In this document: in pieces, positions 27,186 to 36,697 of the stretch
How positions within the stretch are numbered: position 1 is the first letter of the stretch
Layout of the letters: every line of letters begins with the position of its first letter
Virus record (IMG/VR): IMGVR_UViG_3300011423_000013
Coordinates: 1 to 44,506 of that record
From: a virus
Lineage: Duplodnaviria; Caudoviricetes
Strand: one strand, 5' to 3'
Length of the DNA: 44,506 nt
The notes under the pieces: generated by a model
What the model saw: only the letters and a program-made list of their open reading frames with translations
Told to the model about the DNA's origin: nothing
Database searches by the model: none
Made by a program: the position numbers and the translations under genes

Positions 27186-27822
27186 ACGGGCCACCCTTCT
27201 TCTTGGAGTAGTCACACCACCGGCAAGCACCGCCGGGGTTGGGGCGGTAGTCCTTGTCCTCAAATATCTTAATGGCCCGCTTTGTCCAATGCTCCATTCT
27301 GGAGTCGGCTACACCGCCCCGGAGGATGGCCCCCTCATTGCCCACGTAGCCAGCGTCGAGGTACAGGGCGCCATATTCGGCCCGCTTGACCTCTGGGTAG
27401 TAGCACAGGCCCATGAGGGCGTAGAGTTCCAACTGCTCCCGATGCTCCGGGTACTCCCGGCCTGACTTGTGATCAATGACATGAAGGACGTTCCCCTCCA
27501 CATAGTGTACATCGATGATTGCCTTGATCCAGGGGAGGAACACATCCGGCTTCCACTCCTTGTCTAGCAGCCATGTCTCTTCTGCCTTGGCGCCCTTCTG
27601 CCTCAGGTCCTCCAGGCGCAGGGCTACCTTCTTCAGCTCGTAGGGGACGACTGTGATCTCACCCTTGACGTAGCCCTCGCAGTCAGCGTGTAGCCGCGTC
27701 CCCCTCGCCATGGCTGGGGATGGCTCGCTCGGCCTCCCGTCCAGGTACGAGTACTTCCACTTTGCTGGGCAACTCTCGTAGGTGCTCAGGCTTGAATAGG
27801 ACCACCGTGTTGGCAGGGGCAT
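27169..27822 (-). CDS. PD-(D/E)XK Cas4/RecB-like exonuclease
   Basis: WSYSSLSTYESCP, RGTRLH, IID, IDHKSG, QLELY and C-terminal CRWCDY...C. Confidence 0.85.
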   Translation of the reverse strand: MPLPTRWSYSSLSTYESCPAKWKYSYLDGRPSEPSPAMARGTRLHADCEGYVKGEITVVPYELKKVALRLEDLRQKGAKAEETWLLDKEWKPDVFLPWIKAIIDVHYVEGNVLHVIDHKSGREYPEHREQLELYALMGLCYYPEVKRAEYGALYLDAGYVGNEGAILRGGVADSRMEHWTKRAIKIFEDKDYRPNPGGACRWCDYSKKKGGPCEAGV

Positions 27823-29590
27823 TATACTTCTCCAGGTTATACCAGTTGGGGCCGTGCTCGACCTCGGCTATGAAAGGAACGTCGAAGCCAGGGAGCTTCT
27901 CCATGGCGTACTTGAGCTTGGCGATATTCTCATCGCGGTCTTTTAGGGGGCTCGACACGTCGTTTTCGTCGTGTACCGTCAGTAGGAACCTACCAGAAGG
28001 CGATAGTTTATGGTATTCAATGATAGACTGTTTTGTCTGGTCCGCAGCCGATCCTTGGATGAGGTGGTTGGGTAACTTATATGAGAAGTCCCAGTTGGTC
28101 CCCTCCGGGCGGTCGACAGGTATCCATCGGCCACCCCAAGTCGTCACCCCCTGACGGGATGAGGCATCATCAATAAAAGCCTTCAAACCTGGTATAGTTC
28201 TGAGGTAGACATCGCGTAAACGCTTCGCTACACCGTAATCTACACCCAACTGGCCCGCGAGGTTATCTACACCCGCCCCATAAATCAGGGAAAACCCCGT
28301 TATCTTGATCTTCTTGCGGGGGAACTCCAGCCCGGCCTCGACCTTAATTAGGTCCCTGGCTATCTCGTGGAAGTCGGCGGTGGGATTCTCGCGGTAGATT
28401 TGAGCTGCCCGGCCCTCTGCGAAGTGGGCCAGGAGCCTCATTTCCTGGCCGTTGTAGTCGGCGCAGATAATCTCTTCACCCAGGTCAGGGAGGATGTACC
28501 TCCGCATGAATACCATCGGCGGATAGCCGGGTATGTTAATGTTCTCAAACTCCGTAGGGACGTTCATGAGGTTAGGCTCGGAGCAGGATAGCCGCCCCGT
28601 GCGTGTCCCATACTCGTCCCCTCTGACCTGGTTCCACGATGGATGAAGGTGCCCATCGTGGGCGCTCATCGCGTACCAGGGATTCATGAAGGTCGTAAGC
28701 AGCGTCTTCAGTGCGCCCCTATACCGTAGCGCGGCGAGCAGCTGCGGGTCGCTGATAGCGCCTTCTAGCGATGCCCTAGCGGTTGAATAGCGTCCGGTCG
28801 GAGTCTTCTTCAACCGATCCATGTCTATGACCGGTGAGCCATAGAGGGACTTAATGAGTTCGGTGGGGGAGTCTACATTGAACCGCTTCCCAATCCGCCA
28901 CTGGATGTACTCCGTGATCTGGTTGAAGTACACCGTGTAGAGTTGGATGTCAATCCAGAGCTTCGGGCGGTCGATCCGCACGCCACGCTTCTCCATGTCC
29001 ATGAGGATAGGGGCCAGCTGTATCTCCCGCTGGTATGCGTTCTCCCAGCCCCTCTCCTTCATCTCAGGACGGAGGTACTCATGGAGGGATCGTGTACGGA
29101 ATACGTCACCGATGGCGTAGGGCTCGATCAGCGAGGCGGGGCACTTGCTAATGAAGGCCCCAGCCTTAGAGCGTGCCTTGGTCCACCCCTGGGCCACCAC
29201 AAAGTCAGCCACGGCGTCCTGTTCGTCTGGCGGGATGCTCAAGAGCTTCTCAGCTGAGGGTTTCAGTGAGACAGACTTGGCGAGGGGATTATGTAGATAA
29301 ATCTGGTACATGGTGTCGTCCCAGGAGGCAGGATGGCCGAAGCCCCAGTGCTCGCGTGCGACGCCGATGTCGAACTTGCCATGGTGGAACAGGACGCCCC
29401 TATCCCACATGCGGTGTATCTCCGCTTTGGCCTCATACTCCAGGCAGTTGTTCCCGGTCGGATGGCCCCACGCCATATAGCGAGGGCTCTTGCCAGGCTC
29501 CCAGATGGCAATGCCAACTGGCTTAGGGCTCTTGCCCGTGCCGTCCTGGATCGCTTCTGTCTCGAAGTCCAGTGTAACAATATCAGACAT
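27683..29590 (-). CDS. Family A DNA polymerase with 3'-5' exonuclease
   Basis: LDFETE, KFDI, TRTGRLS, motif A DYNGQEMR, motif B K...FSLIYG and motif C VHDE. Confidence 0.95.
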   Translation of the reverse strand: MSDIVTLDFETEAIQDGTGKSPKPVGIAIWEPGKSPRYMAWGHPTGNNCLEYEAKAEIHRMWDRGVLFHHGKFDIGVAREHWGFGHPASWDDTMYQIYLHNPLAKSVSLKPSAEKLLSIPPDEQDAVADFVVAQGWTKARSKAGAFISKCPASLIEPYAIGDVFRTRSLHEYLRPEMKERGWENAYQREIQLAPILMDMEKRGVRIDRPKLWIDIQLYTVYFNQITEYIQWRIGKRFNVDSPTELIKSLYGSPVIDMDRLKKTPTGRYSTARASLEGAISDPQLLAALRYRGALKTLLTTFMNPWYAMSAHDGHLHPSWNQVRGDEYGTRTGRLSCSEPNLMNVPTEFENINIPGYPPMVFMRRYILPDLGEEIICADYNGQEMRLLAHFAEGRAAQIYRENPTADFHEIARDLIKVEAGLEFPRKKIKITGFSLIYGAGVDNLAGQLGVDYGVAKRLRDVYLRTIPGLKAFIDDASSRQGVTTWGGRWIPVDRPEGTNWDFSYKLPNHLIQGSAADQTKQSIIEYHKLSPSGRFLLTVHDENDVSSPLKDRDENIAKLKYAMEKLPGFDVPFIAEVEHGPNWYNLEKYNAPANTVVLFKPEHLRELPSKVEVLVPGREAERAIPSHGEGDAATR

Positions 29591-29601
29591 AGTTCCTCTA
29601 T

Positions 29602-29626
29602 GAAGAAAAGAGCCCCTTACGGGGGC
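29602..29626 (-). terminator. Intrinsic terminator / attenuator upstream of the polymerase gene
   Basis: Minus strand GCCCCCGTAAGGGGCT followed by CTTTTCTT. Confidence 0.6.
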
Positions 29627-29728
29627 CAGTCGGCTAGGTCACGGCGACAGAGAGTAGATAGACAGCACCGCCCTAGCTGCTAGGGGTTATTGCCGACACC
29701 CCTAGCTGGTCGGGGAGGGGGCCTCCAG

Positions 29729-30520
29729 TTAGAACTTGTTCGAGCCACCGGAGGAACGCTCTGCCATTTCCTCCTTGGTCGGGTACACCGGGTAGGGCGC
29801 TTGTTCCATTGCCCAGTTGCGGTTAGCGAGGGTCTCCAGGATGGCCTCGTCCTTGATCTGCTCCAGGGGCTTCCAGTACACTTGGAACAGGGTGCGATCG
29901 TGGGGCTTCACGCTGAGCTCGACCACGAACTGGAACGGGGCCATCCCTGCCGACGCCGCGTCATTGATAAACTTCTGGAAGTTCTTCACTGACGTAGCGG
30001 GTAGGTCGCATTGGAGGAAGTCAGTGCGAGTAGCCTTGTCGATGTTCTGGGCAACGTCCGCCGGCAGGAGCCAGATGCGCCGCGAGTTCGTACAGGCCTT
30101 GCCCTTGGAGCCGCCACCGGCTGAGCCCCATTCGTTCTTCTCGCAGTTGGAGCAGTAGTCCGACATCTGCTCTTCGGCCTGATCGTGGGGCTGGAGGGAT
30201 TCCTCATCGCGGGCGAAGGCGTAGCAGCGTGGGGGTACGATCTTCGCTGAGTTGTACTCCGAGTCGAACCACTTGTTATGGAACAAGTAGTCGACAACCA
30301 CGCAGTCGATCTTGTCGTCGCGCATGAGCGAGTCACCGATGGAGAGGCGACCACCCTTGAAAGAGATGAAGCCCCCAGAGGGCTTCTCCGATTCAGCGAC
30401 CTTCACGGCCACCGCCTTAATGCGGTCCTTCCAGGAGCCGGGCATCGCCACGGCTGTCGAACGGGGAATAGCCACGGCTGTGCCGGGCTCAACGGGTGCG
30501 GGGGTTTTCTTGTCGGCCAT
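29729..30520 (-). CDS. Probable ssDNA-binding / replication accessory protein
   Basis: CSNCEKNEWGS...KGKAC motif, LPATSVKNF, and position directly upstream of the polymerase. Confidence 0.55.
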   Translation of the reverse strand: MADKKTPAPVEPGTAVAIPRSTAVAMPGSWKDRIKAVAVKVAESEKPSGGFISFKGGRLSIGDSLMRDDKIDCVVVDYLFHNKWFDSEYNSAKIVPPRCYAFARDEESLQPHDQAEEQMSDYCSNCEKNEWGSAGGGSKGKACTNSRRIWLLPADVAQNIDKATRTDFLQCDLPATSVKNFQKFINDAASAGMAPFQFVVELSVKPHDRTLFQVYWKPLEQIKDEAILETLANRNWAMEQAPYPVYPTKEEMAERSSGGSNKF

Positions 30521-30529
30521 GGTCTATCC

Positions 30530-30904
30530 TTAGACGTTGAATTTCAGGGAATGCTTGCGGACCTTCTCGATGCCAACGATGACTTCGCCCTCGTCCCATC
30601 GAGCCTTTACTGCCGAGGCGGTCAGCCTCTTCTGGAACAAGTCGGTCGCCTTGTTCGCAATGATGTAGTCTAGGACAGCTGGCCAGCCGCCTACAGTGAC
30701 CATCGGCTCGTCCGTTACGATGAGGCGTACCTCGTCATCGCCTTCGCGTCTCACGGTTTGCTTCAGGTGGTCCATCTCATTGATCAGTTGACCAGTGAGG
30801 GTCTTTTCCTCTTGCTCTAGCAGGTCTGCCTCGCGTTGGAGGGAGAGGCGGCGCTTACGCACCGAGAGGATGTTCGCCAGGGATATGTCGGATAATGTAG
30901 TCAT
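30530..30904 (-). CDS. Conserved phage replication-region protein
   Basis: N-terminal coiled coil; W..VLDYI...DLFQKRL motif. Confidence 0.6.
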   Translation of the reverse strand: MTTLSDISLANILSVRKRRLSLQREADLLEQEEKTLTGQLINEMDHLKQTVRREGDDEVRLIVTDEPMVTVGGWPAVLDYIIANKATDLFQKRLTASAVKARWDEGEVIVGIEKVRKHSLKFNV

Positions 30905-30951
30905 GTAGGATATGCTTTCTAGAGGCCCCCGATCGGATGACCGGGGAGCCT

Positions 30952-30959
30952 CTATTATA
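30952..30959 (-). promoter_or_regulatory. TATAATAG promoter motif
   Basis: Intergenic; heads the replication operon. Confidence 0.7.
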
Positions 30960-30966
30960 CCGCGAA

Positions 30967-31563
30967 TCAGCGCTGCGAACGCTTCGATTTCTTGCCACTC
31001 ATCGTTTCGGCAGGAGCCTCCTGCAGCGTTTCGGCGGGCGCGGAGTAGCTACCCCCTTCGCCCGCGTCGTTCGCGTCTGCAGGGGGCGGTTCCGCCCCTG
31101 CATCCGCTGTTTGCGCCTCGGGGTTAGCGGCGGCTTTCGCCGCCTTAGCCTTCGCAGCGGCCTCCGACTGCGCCCGGCGGTCCAGCTTCAGGGGCTGGAA
31201 CTTGTAGCCCTCTGGATAGGTGAACTCGTACATCGTGTCGGCCTGGTGATGGCCAGGGACGTAGAAGCTGGCGCCGTTGTAGATGAAGTAGGTGTAGCGG
31301 ATTTCGCCAAAGGTCGTTTGGGCAGCTTCGCATTCCTCGCCGTTCACCGTCAGCGTGTACCGCGCTGCCTTCAGGGGCATGGGGTACTTGATTGCCTTGT
31401 GCGCGTCGGTAGCGCCGACAGGGCGGAAGAGCAGCTGGGCGGGGCCAGGGCGCTTCGGCTTATCCGTGTCCGTTGGCTTGTCCGTGGGCGGATAGTCCCC
31501 CACCTCGTTCAGGATGAGCGTAGCGGTGGCGGGGGGCAGGCTTGAGCCTTCAGTATTTTCCAT
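30967..31563 (-). CDS. Hypothetical early protein with acidic/Ala tail and basic C-terminus
   Basis: GGAG RBS; own promoter; biased codon usage. Confidence 0.7.
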   Translation of the reverse strand: MENTEGSSLPPATATLILNEVGDYPPTDKPTDTDKPKRPGPAQLLFRPVGATDAHKAIKYPMPLKAARYTLTVNGEECEAAQTTFGEIRYTYFIYNGASFYVPGHHQADTMYEFTYPEGYKFQPLKLDRRAQSEAAAKAKAAKAAANPEAQTADAGAEPPPADANDAGEGGSYSAPAETLQEAPAETMSGKKSKRSQR

Positions 31564-31611
31564 GATAACTCCAGTTAAAGGTTGGGAAACGCCCTAGTGA
31601 GGGCGTGGTTC

Positions 31612-31619
31612 CTATTATA
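31612..31619 (-). promoter_or_regulatory. TATAATAG promoter motif
   Basis: Intergenic, upstream of the ATG at 31563. Confidence 0.7.
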
Positions 31620-31635
31620 CGCCTGGGCAGGCAAA

Positions 31636-31746
31636 TTAGGTTTGGTCCACAGCGGGTTTCGTCTGTGGAATCGTAACGAACAGTACGAGCCCGATCATTA
31701 CGAACAGGTACGTACAGGCGATGGAGGAAAGCAGTTCAAGTGTCAT
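31636..31746 (-). CDS. Small membrane protein (36 aa, not in the ORF track)
   Basis: MTLELLSSIACTYLFVMIGLVLFVTIPQTKPAVDQT. Confidence 0.45.
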   Translation of the reverse strand: MTLELLSSIACTYLFVMIGLVLFVTIPQTKPAVDQT

Positions 31747-31864
31747 ACTTTTCGCAGAGATAGACGTAGAGGGCAATGACGAGGCAGGATATGCCCCCAT
31801 AGAGGGCTCCAGGCCCCCCGCCTATCATGGCCCCCAAGACGGTACCAAAGATGACGAGGGCCAT
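31736..31864 (-). CDS. Small membrane protein (42 aa, not in the ORF track)
   Basis: MALVIFGTVLGAMIGGGPGALYGGISCLVIALYVYLCEKYDT; starts 2 nt after the upstream stop. Confidence 0.5.
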   Translation of the reverse strand: MALVIFGTVLGAMIGGGPGALYGGISCLVIALYVYLCEKYDT

Positions 31865-31866
31865 GG

Positions 31867-32265
31867 TTAGATTGCCTTCTTGCCCGAACGGAGGGGGAAC
31901 GTTGCGTTGATCCAACCTTCGAGCAGGTCGATACGCTCCGTCAGTTGCGAGATACGCAGGTCTTGGGCCAAGACGGTCGCCGCCAGGGTGGAGACGTCAG
32001 CCTCTACAGGCTTCGTTCGGTTGTTCTCCATGCCCATGGCGTCCCGGCGATTCTTGACGTTATGGCCCTTGATCTCGACGCCGGGGCGCAGCTTGATCTT
32101 GGTCGTCGCGTAGGCAGCGAATTCAGTATCATTCATGCCGCTGGCGCGGTACTCGGCTTCCATGAGCTTCATGAGGGCGAAGTTCTCATTCATGCCGATG
32201 TCCATACGGATACCTTGTCCCTTATGGGACTTCTTTTCAACGATGGCGAGTTCGGGTTGGTTCAT
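31867..32265 (-). CDS. Hypothetical protein with C-terminal coiled coil
   Basis: GGAG RBS before MNQPEL. Confidence 0.65.
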   Translation of the reverse strand: MNQPELAIVEKKSHKGQGIRMDIGMNENFALMKLMEAEYRASGMNDTEFAAYATTKIKLRPGVEIKGHNVKNRRDAMGMENNRTKPVEADVSTLAATVLAQDLRISQLTERIDLLEGWINATFPLRSGKKAI

Positions 32266-32281
32266 TTTCTGTCTCCTGGGG

Positions 32282-32770
32282 TTATTCATTGACGGGATCG
32301 ACGCATTCGAGGGAGTAGATGGGACGCGCTTCCTTGTCCGGCTCGGTGTATCCGGTAACGACCCGCTTACAGGTTTCGCTATCGGTCTTGAAGTTCGCAG
32401 TGATGGTCACCGTCAGCCGACCATAGAAGTCGGGCTCTTGGGACCAGAAGGTGAAGCGGTAGTTGCGAGCGTAGCTAGCTGCGTCGTCTTCAGTCGTGGA
32501 CTCGGCGGGCTCGTGATGGAGCATCGAGTTCAGGAGAGCAGCGAGGCCCTCGTCCTTGAGACCCGACAGCTCCTTAAGAGTCAGGTAGACAGAGTTGTAG
32601 GTCCCGTCGAAGTAATGGGACACCCCGGCCTTATGCTTCTCGGCCAGGTAATCGAGGGAGTCCAGGATTTTCCTCATCGGGGGCGAAGACATCCAACGCT
32701 TGCCTTCGCGCAGTTTGCGGGCCTTGTAGTCCGCGGTTTCAATCATCTCTTGTACTAGCTTCTTGCGCAT
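32282..32770 (-). CDS. Hypothetical early protein
   Basis: AAGGA RBS downstream of the promoter at 32817. Confidence 0.7.
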   Translation of the reverse strand: MRKKLVQEMIETADYKARKLREGKRWMSSPPMRKILDSLDYLAEKHKAGVSHYFDGTYNSVYLTLKELSGLKDEGLAALLNSMLHHEPAESTTEDDAASYARNYRFTFWSQEPDFYGRLTVTITANFKTDSETCKRVVTGYTEPDKEARPIYSLECVDPVNE

Positions 32771-32816
32771 GGGTTCTACTTTCCTTGCTACTCTAGGGGC
32801 CGCCTAGTCGGTAGCT

Positions 32817-32904
32817 CTATTATAGGCGGGCCACTTACTGTTTAAGTGCCTATCTTCTGTACAGAAACGAGGCAAACCCTGTCCCCCTAGAGCGCCTATA
32901 ATAG
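32817..32904. promoter_or_regulatory. Divergent pair of TATAATAG promoters (- at 32817-32824, + at 32897-32904)
   Basis: Both read CGCCTATAATAG and lie between divergent genes. Confidence 0.75.
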
Positions 32905-32937
32905 GAGGTTCCCCCCCTAGATAGACAGGAATAGGCC

Positions 32938-35106
32938 ATGCCTAGCTTTCCAACCAATATAAACCCATTGTCTACATTATTGGAGCGGCGCCATCTCACA
33001 GCCGCAGAGGGAGCCCTAATGGGGCTGGTTATTACCAACGTCAAGGACTCATCGGGGGACTTGGGGTATGTACCAGGAGGGCAGATAAAACATCTAGAAA
33101 AGCTGCCGTACCATGACCTGGATGGGGCACCGATCATAGACCCCAAGCTGAATATCCCATTCGTTCGATACCGCATCGAACGCCCTGAGGGGTACATTCC
33201 CCCAGTTAGCAGAGACCTAGGCTCAGATGGCAAGCCCGTCAAGCCAGCCAAGTATCTCTCCCCCAAGGCCTCAAGTCTGTTCGTGTACGTTCCCCGAGTC
33301 GATGGGTTCAATTGGACTAACATCGCGGCGAACGTCACTGTTCCAGTGCTTATTACAGAGGGGGAATTCAAGTCATACTCCGTATGTAAGACAGGAAATC
33401 CCTGCCTCGGCCTCATGGGCGTCCAGTGCTTCGGGAAAACCCCAGACCCCTTCCCTGCCCCGTTTGACCAATTTGAGCATCTCAAGCGTGAGTATTACAT
33501 TGTTTTCGATGCCGATAAGGAGTCTGACTACGAGAACACGCTCAAGAAAGAGGTTGCCCAAGCTGCGCTTCGGCTCGGGACCAAGCTGACCCTGGCCGGT
33601 GGGGAAGTCTTCCTGCTCCATATAGCCCGCACTGAGACGTTCCGTAAGGGCAGGGAGAAGGACCCTGACGCCAAGATGGGCATCGATGACTTCCTCGATG
33701 CCGGGGGCACGATGGAAGAGATCATGTCCACCGCTACGGCCGCAGTGTCGTGCCAGGACATGGCCGAGCTTCGGGCCAAGTATGCGTACTATACCGGCCA
33801 GGGGCCGCATATAATCAACGTTCTCAACGGTGCTATTTACAAGGCCGGGGTCTTCATTAATGAGCTGGAGGCCCCCCGAATTAGACTGGTCCCGACCAAG
33901 AATGGCTTCAAGGGCGTCAGCGTGGCTAGAGAGTTCTTTGAGGCAAGGGATCGGCCCGAGGTCGATCGCAAGGTGTTTTGGCCTGGCGAGCCCTCCGGGT
34001 ATGATCCAGAGAACCGAACGTACAACGAATGGACTGGCTTCGCCGTCGCCCCATGGGCGGGGGACGACAAGGACGAGTACAATGAGATGGTTGCCATATG
34101 GCAGAAGTTCATCGGCGGGCTGTTCCCCGGCTACGTTGACTACTTCCAGAAGTGGCTTGCTCATATGGTTCAATGCCCAGGGGAGAAGACTAACATTGCG
34201 GTAATCCTCGCCTCTGTACACAACGGGGTCGGTAAGTCCCTGCTAGGGGAGGTCATCCGGGGCATCGTGGGGTCGGCGCACTCGGTGGCTCTGGAGCTGG
34301 ATCGCTCGATGGCTAAGTTCAATATGCAGCTAGGGAAAAAGCTGGTCGTACAGATGGACGAAGCAGATGGCCGATTCTCAGGACACGAGAGTAAACTCAA
34401 GGATTTAGTCAGCGCCGACACGATGATCATCGAGCCCAAGGGCTTCGATGCGTATCCAGTGGACAACTTCCTCCGTATTTTCCTGACCTCGAACAGCTCG
34501 GCCCCGATCCGGCTAGATGCGGAGAACAGGCGATTCTTCGTATGCGGGCCAACGATGACGTCGGTGTACGCGAAGACAGAGTGGCAACCTTGGGTCGATA
34601 CAGTCGCTAAGCGCATGAAATCGAGCCGGGGCCTGGCGATGATCCACTGGCATTTGAGCAAGGTTGATCTCACGGGCTGGAATCCCATTGCTCGAGTTAT
34701 TGTAACTCCGCAGATGGAGGACATGGTAGAGGCGTCCCGTAGCAAGGCGACGACCGTAATCGATGGCCTCTGGGAGGTATTCCAGGGGGACGAAGACGGT
34801 GTTTGGCTCATTACCAGCGAGACTCGGGGCAAGGACAATAAGCTCTTTGCTGATCTCATCGAGAAGGTTCGCATTGAGGGCGGCTCCACTCTGGGCTATG
34901 ACGGCTTCTACAAGAGCGTCCGCTTCAAGGGTACGATCCTGGACCGGGAGGGGAAGCTGCCCCGAAAGCTCAACACCCAACAAAAGTGGGTGTTAGAGGC
35001 CGGGAGCAAGTTTACCAGCGAGGCGGCATGGAAGGCGGGGGTCAAGGCGACAGTAGCCTACACCGCCTGGAAGGACAACGCCCTTCCAGGATCAGTGAAG
35101 TACTAG
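32938..35106 (+). CDS. Primase-helicase (DUF3854-type TOPRIM fused to SF3/DUF5906-type helicase)
   Basis: LITEGEFKS, IVFDAD, GIDDFL; Walker A NGVGKS, Walker B QMDEA, FLTSN and NRRFFV. Confidence 0.88.
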   Translation: MPSFPTNINPLSTLLERRHLTAAEGALMGLVITNVKDSSGDLGYVPGGQIKHLEKLPYHDLDGAPIIDPKLNIPFVRYRIERPEGYIPPVSRDLGSDGKPVKPAKYLSPKASSLFVYVPRVDGFNWTNIAANVTVPVLITEGEFKSYSVCKTGNPCLGLMGVQCFGKTPDPFPAPFDQFEHLKREYYIVFDADKESDYENTLKKEVAQAALRLGTKLTLAGGEVFLLHIARTETFRKGREKDPDAKMGIDDFLDAGGTMEEIMSTATAAVSCQDMAELRAKYAYYTGQGPHIINVLNGAIYKAGVFINELEAPRIRLVPTKNGFKGVSVAREFFEARDRPEVDRKVFWPGEPSGYDPENRTYNEWTGFAVAPWAGDDKDEYNEMVAIWQKFIGGLFPGYVDYFQKWLAHMVQCPGEKTNIAVILASVHNGVGKSLLGEVIRGIVGSAHSVALELDRSMAKFNMQLGKKLVVQMDEADGRFSGHESKLKDLVSADTMIIEPKGFDAYPVDNFLRIFLTSNSSAPIRLDAENRRFFVCGPTMTSVYAKTEWQPWVDTVAKRMKSSRGLAMIHWHLSKVDLTGWNPIARVIVTPQMEDMVEASRSKATTVIDGLWEVFQGDEDGVWLITSETRGKDNKLFADLIEKVRIEGGSTLGYDGFYKSVRFKGTILDREGKLPRKLNTQQKWVLEAGSKFTSEAAWKAGVKATVAYTAWKDNALPGSVKY

Positions 35107-35418
35107 CTACCAGGCGCGGGGGTTTAGCCCGGCCCAATCGACCAGGAAGTCGATGGCCGACTGCTTATCGGCAGCGTCGCAAAGATGGTTCATGTCGACG
35201 AATCCGTTGTATTCGTCGCTGTCGTTCTTCTTGTAGATACGCAGCTCAACCGGCTTCCGGTCGGAGCTGTAAACGTATCGCTCCCAGCCGCGCCCGACCG
35301 GCAGGCCCTCGTCGTCGCTGAAGAGGACTTCGCCCCAGGTAGCAGGGTCCTTAGCGCCGGTGTCGTCGGTGATCTCAGCGGGGTACTTGCGGCCGAGGGG
35401 GTCTCTGTCTTGGGTCAT
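35107..35418 (-). CDS. Hypothetical early protein
   Basis: Start MTQDRD; typical codon usage; convergent with the primase. Confidence 0.6.
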   Translation of the reverse strand: MTQDRDPLGRKYPAEITDDTGAKDPATWGEVLFSDDEGLPVGRGWERYVYSSDRKPVELRIYKKNDSDEYNGFVDMNHLCDAADKQSAIDFLVDWAGLNPRAW

Positions 35419-35435
35419 GATTAGGTCTTTCTGAT

Positions 35436-35654
35436 TTAGAGCTTGACGCTGGGGGAGAACGGGGCCGAGTCGGGGAGGGCAGACCAGCCAATTACCGGGT
35501 CTTCTATCATGATCTCGTTCGTTGACTCCATCCAACCAACGCCCTCTATCCAGGTCGCAACGATAGGGAACGCTGTCTTGTGCTCCTTGGACCAATACCA
35601 GGCCAGGACGGGGGTAGAGTTCAGCGGGTAGGTCGGGGAATATTGCTTTTTCAT
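35436..35654 (-). CDS. Hypothetical protein (Trp-rich)
   Basis: ATGA overlap with the upstream gene. Confidence 0.55.
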   Translation of the reverse strand: MKKQYSPTYPLNSTPVLAWYWSKEHKTAFPIVATWIEGVGWMESTNEIMIEDPVIGWSALPDSAPFSPSVKL

Positions 35655-35851
35655 TGAACGCTTTCATTGAGGGTGTTACGGTAATCGGACAGGGCGGCTT
35701 CCAGCTGCTCCATCGCGTCCGCAAGGCGACCGATGGCTTGGGGTCCAGCGTAGGCCGTTTCGGGGGACAGGGCCTTCTCCTGCCGGTTGAGAATGGAGGT
35801 CACCGCCTCCAGCACGGCAGCGAGTCCGTTTACGTCCATGTGTTCAGCCAT
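35651..35851 (-). CDS. Hypothetical helical protein
   Basis: First gene after the promoter at 35884; leader GAGAGTAGAAAATG. Confidence 0.6.
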   Translation of the reverse strand: MAEHMDVNGLAAVLEAVTSILNRQEKALSPETAYAGPQAIGRLADAMEQLEAALSDYRNTLNESVQ

Positions 35852-35883
35852 TTTCTACTCTCTCGTTAGGGGTGGGGAAGCCT

Positions 35884-35891
35884 CTATTATA
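35884..35891 (-). promoter_or_regulatory. TATAATAG promoter motif
   Basis: Upstream of the ATG at 35851. Confidence 0.7.
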
Positions 35892-35953
35892 CGCCGAAAG
35901 GCCCTGTTTCGGGGTGAGTCTAATGTTTGTGCCGGTGACTAACTACTGAGTTG

Positions 35954-36140
35954 TTATCCTACGGTAGTGCTGGGTAGGATAGACGGTAGGATAGTGTAAG
36001 TCTTTGATTATAAAGGGGTTTTTGTTGTTTATCCTACTATCCTACTGTCCCTACTGTAAGTTTTATATACCCGACTCGTGGCAGAATTTCTCCGCCGGAA
36101 GCGATTTTTGGCACCGTAGGGACAGTAGGTAGTAGGATAA
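35954..36140. repeat. Iteron-like TATCCTAC/GTAGGATA repeats and a 25/26-bp inverted repeat; candidate replication origin
   Basis: TTATCCTACTATCCTACTGTCCCTAC (36029-36054) versus GTAGGGACAGTAGGTAGTAGGATAA (36116-36140), one indel; further copies at 35954, 35974 and 35986; AT-rich spacer. Confidence 0.65.
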
Positions 36141-36383
36141 GACCTGGCCCCAAACAACACACCACAACGAGTGTACAAAAACATCTGCAGCCCCCCACAA
36201 TTTGGGATAAATCGGTGTTACAGCATCGCTGGCACACTGCTTTGCCATGCTCCTGTGCCCGATGCCTGTCGCAGCCGCAGCACAGGCCCATAGCCTCAGG
36301 CTATCGCAGCAGCGCAGCCATAGGCACAGGCTATCAGCATGCGTGCTGTGCGAGCTTGTGTGGATAAAATCCGGCATATCCCC

Positions 36384-36391
36384 CTATTATA
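36384..36391 (-). promoter_or_regulatory. TATAATAG promoter motif pointing into the non-coding region
   Basis: TAGACG-N17-TATAAT on the minus strand; no credible ORF directly downstream. Confidence 0.5.
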
Positions 36392-36601
36392 ACCTGTTTT
36401 CGCTGTTCCGTCTAATTGTATTTCGCTATCGCAGCGTTGCTGCCGATAGCTGCGGGCTATGCTGCGCTGCCCCCGCCCGCCGCCTCCCCCGCCCTCCCAC
36501 CCCTATTCTACCCGATTTTCGGGTGAAAGTCTAATAGATTTCAGCTATAGGACCGATAGAAAATTTCTATGCTCGAAACGCCGGAATCACCCGAAAACCC
36601 C

Positions 36602-36609
36602 TATAATAG
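36602..36609 (+). promoter_or_regulatory. TATAATAG promoter of the TG/CA-free gene
   Basis: CCCTATAATAGAGCC about 90 nt upstream of the ATG at 36698. Confidence 0.7.
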
Positions 36610-36697
36610 AGCCTAGGGGAAGCCGATAGGGGCCGTACCCTAGGGGCCTTTTCCCCGAACCCGCCTAGGGGGTTTTCCCTAGTTTAGAGAGTAAAAA

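Noticed and set aside
29627-29728. Possible structured ncRNA between the SSB-like gene and the polymerase
   Set aside because: It contains short CCCTAGC/GCTAGGGG hairpins but no family I recognise; evidence is too weak to call.
35954-36140. Short repeats as a CRISPR array
   Set aside because: Units are 8-26 bp, partly inverted, with no regular unique spacers and no cas operon. The Cas4-like gene is a routine phage replication nuclease.
36037-36534. ORFs 36037-36291, 36063-36377 and 36247-36534
   Set aside because: No RBS. The Cys/Ala/His-rich translations just reflect TG/CA-dense low-complexity DNA and overlap repeats.
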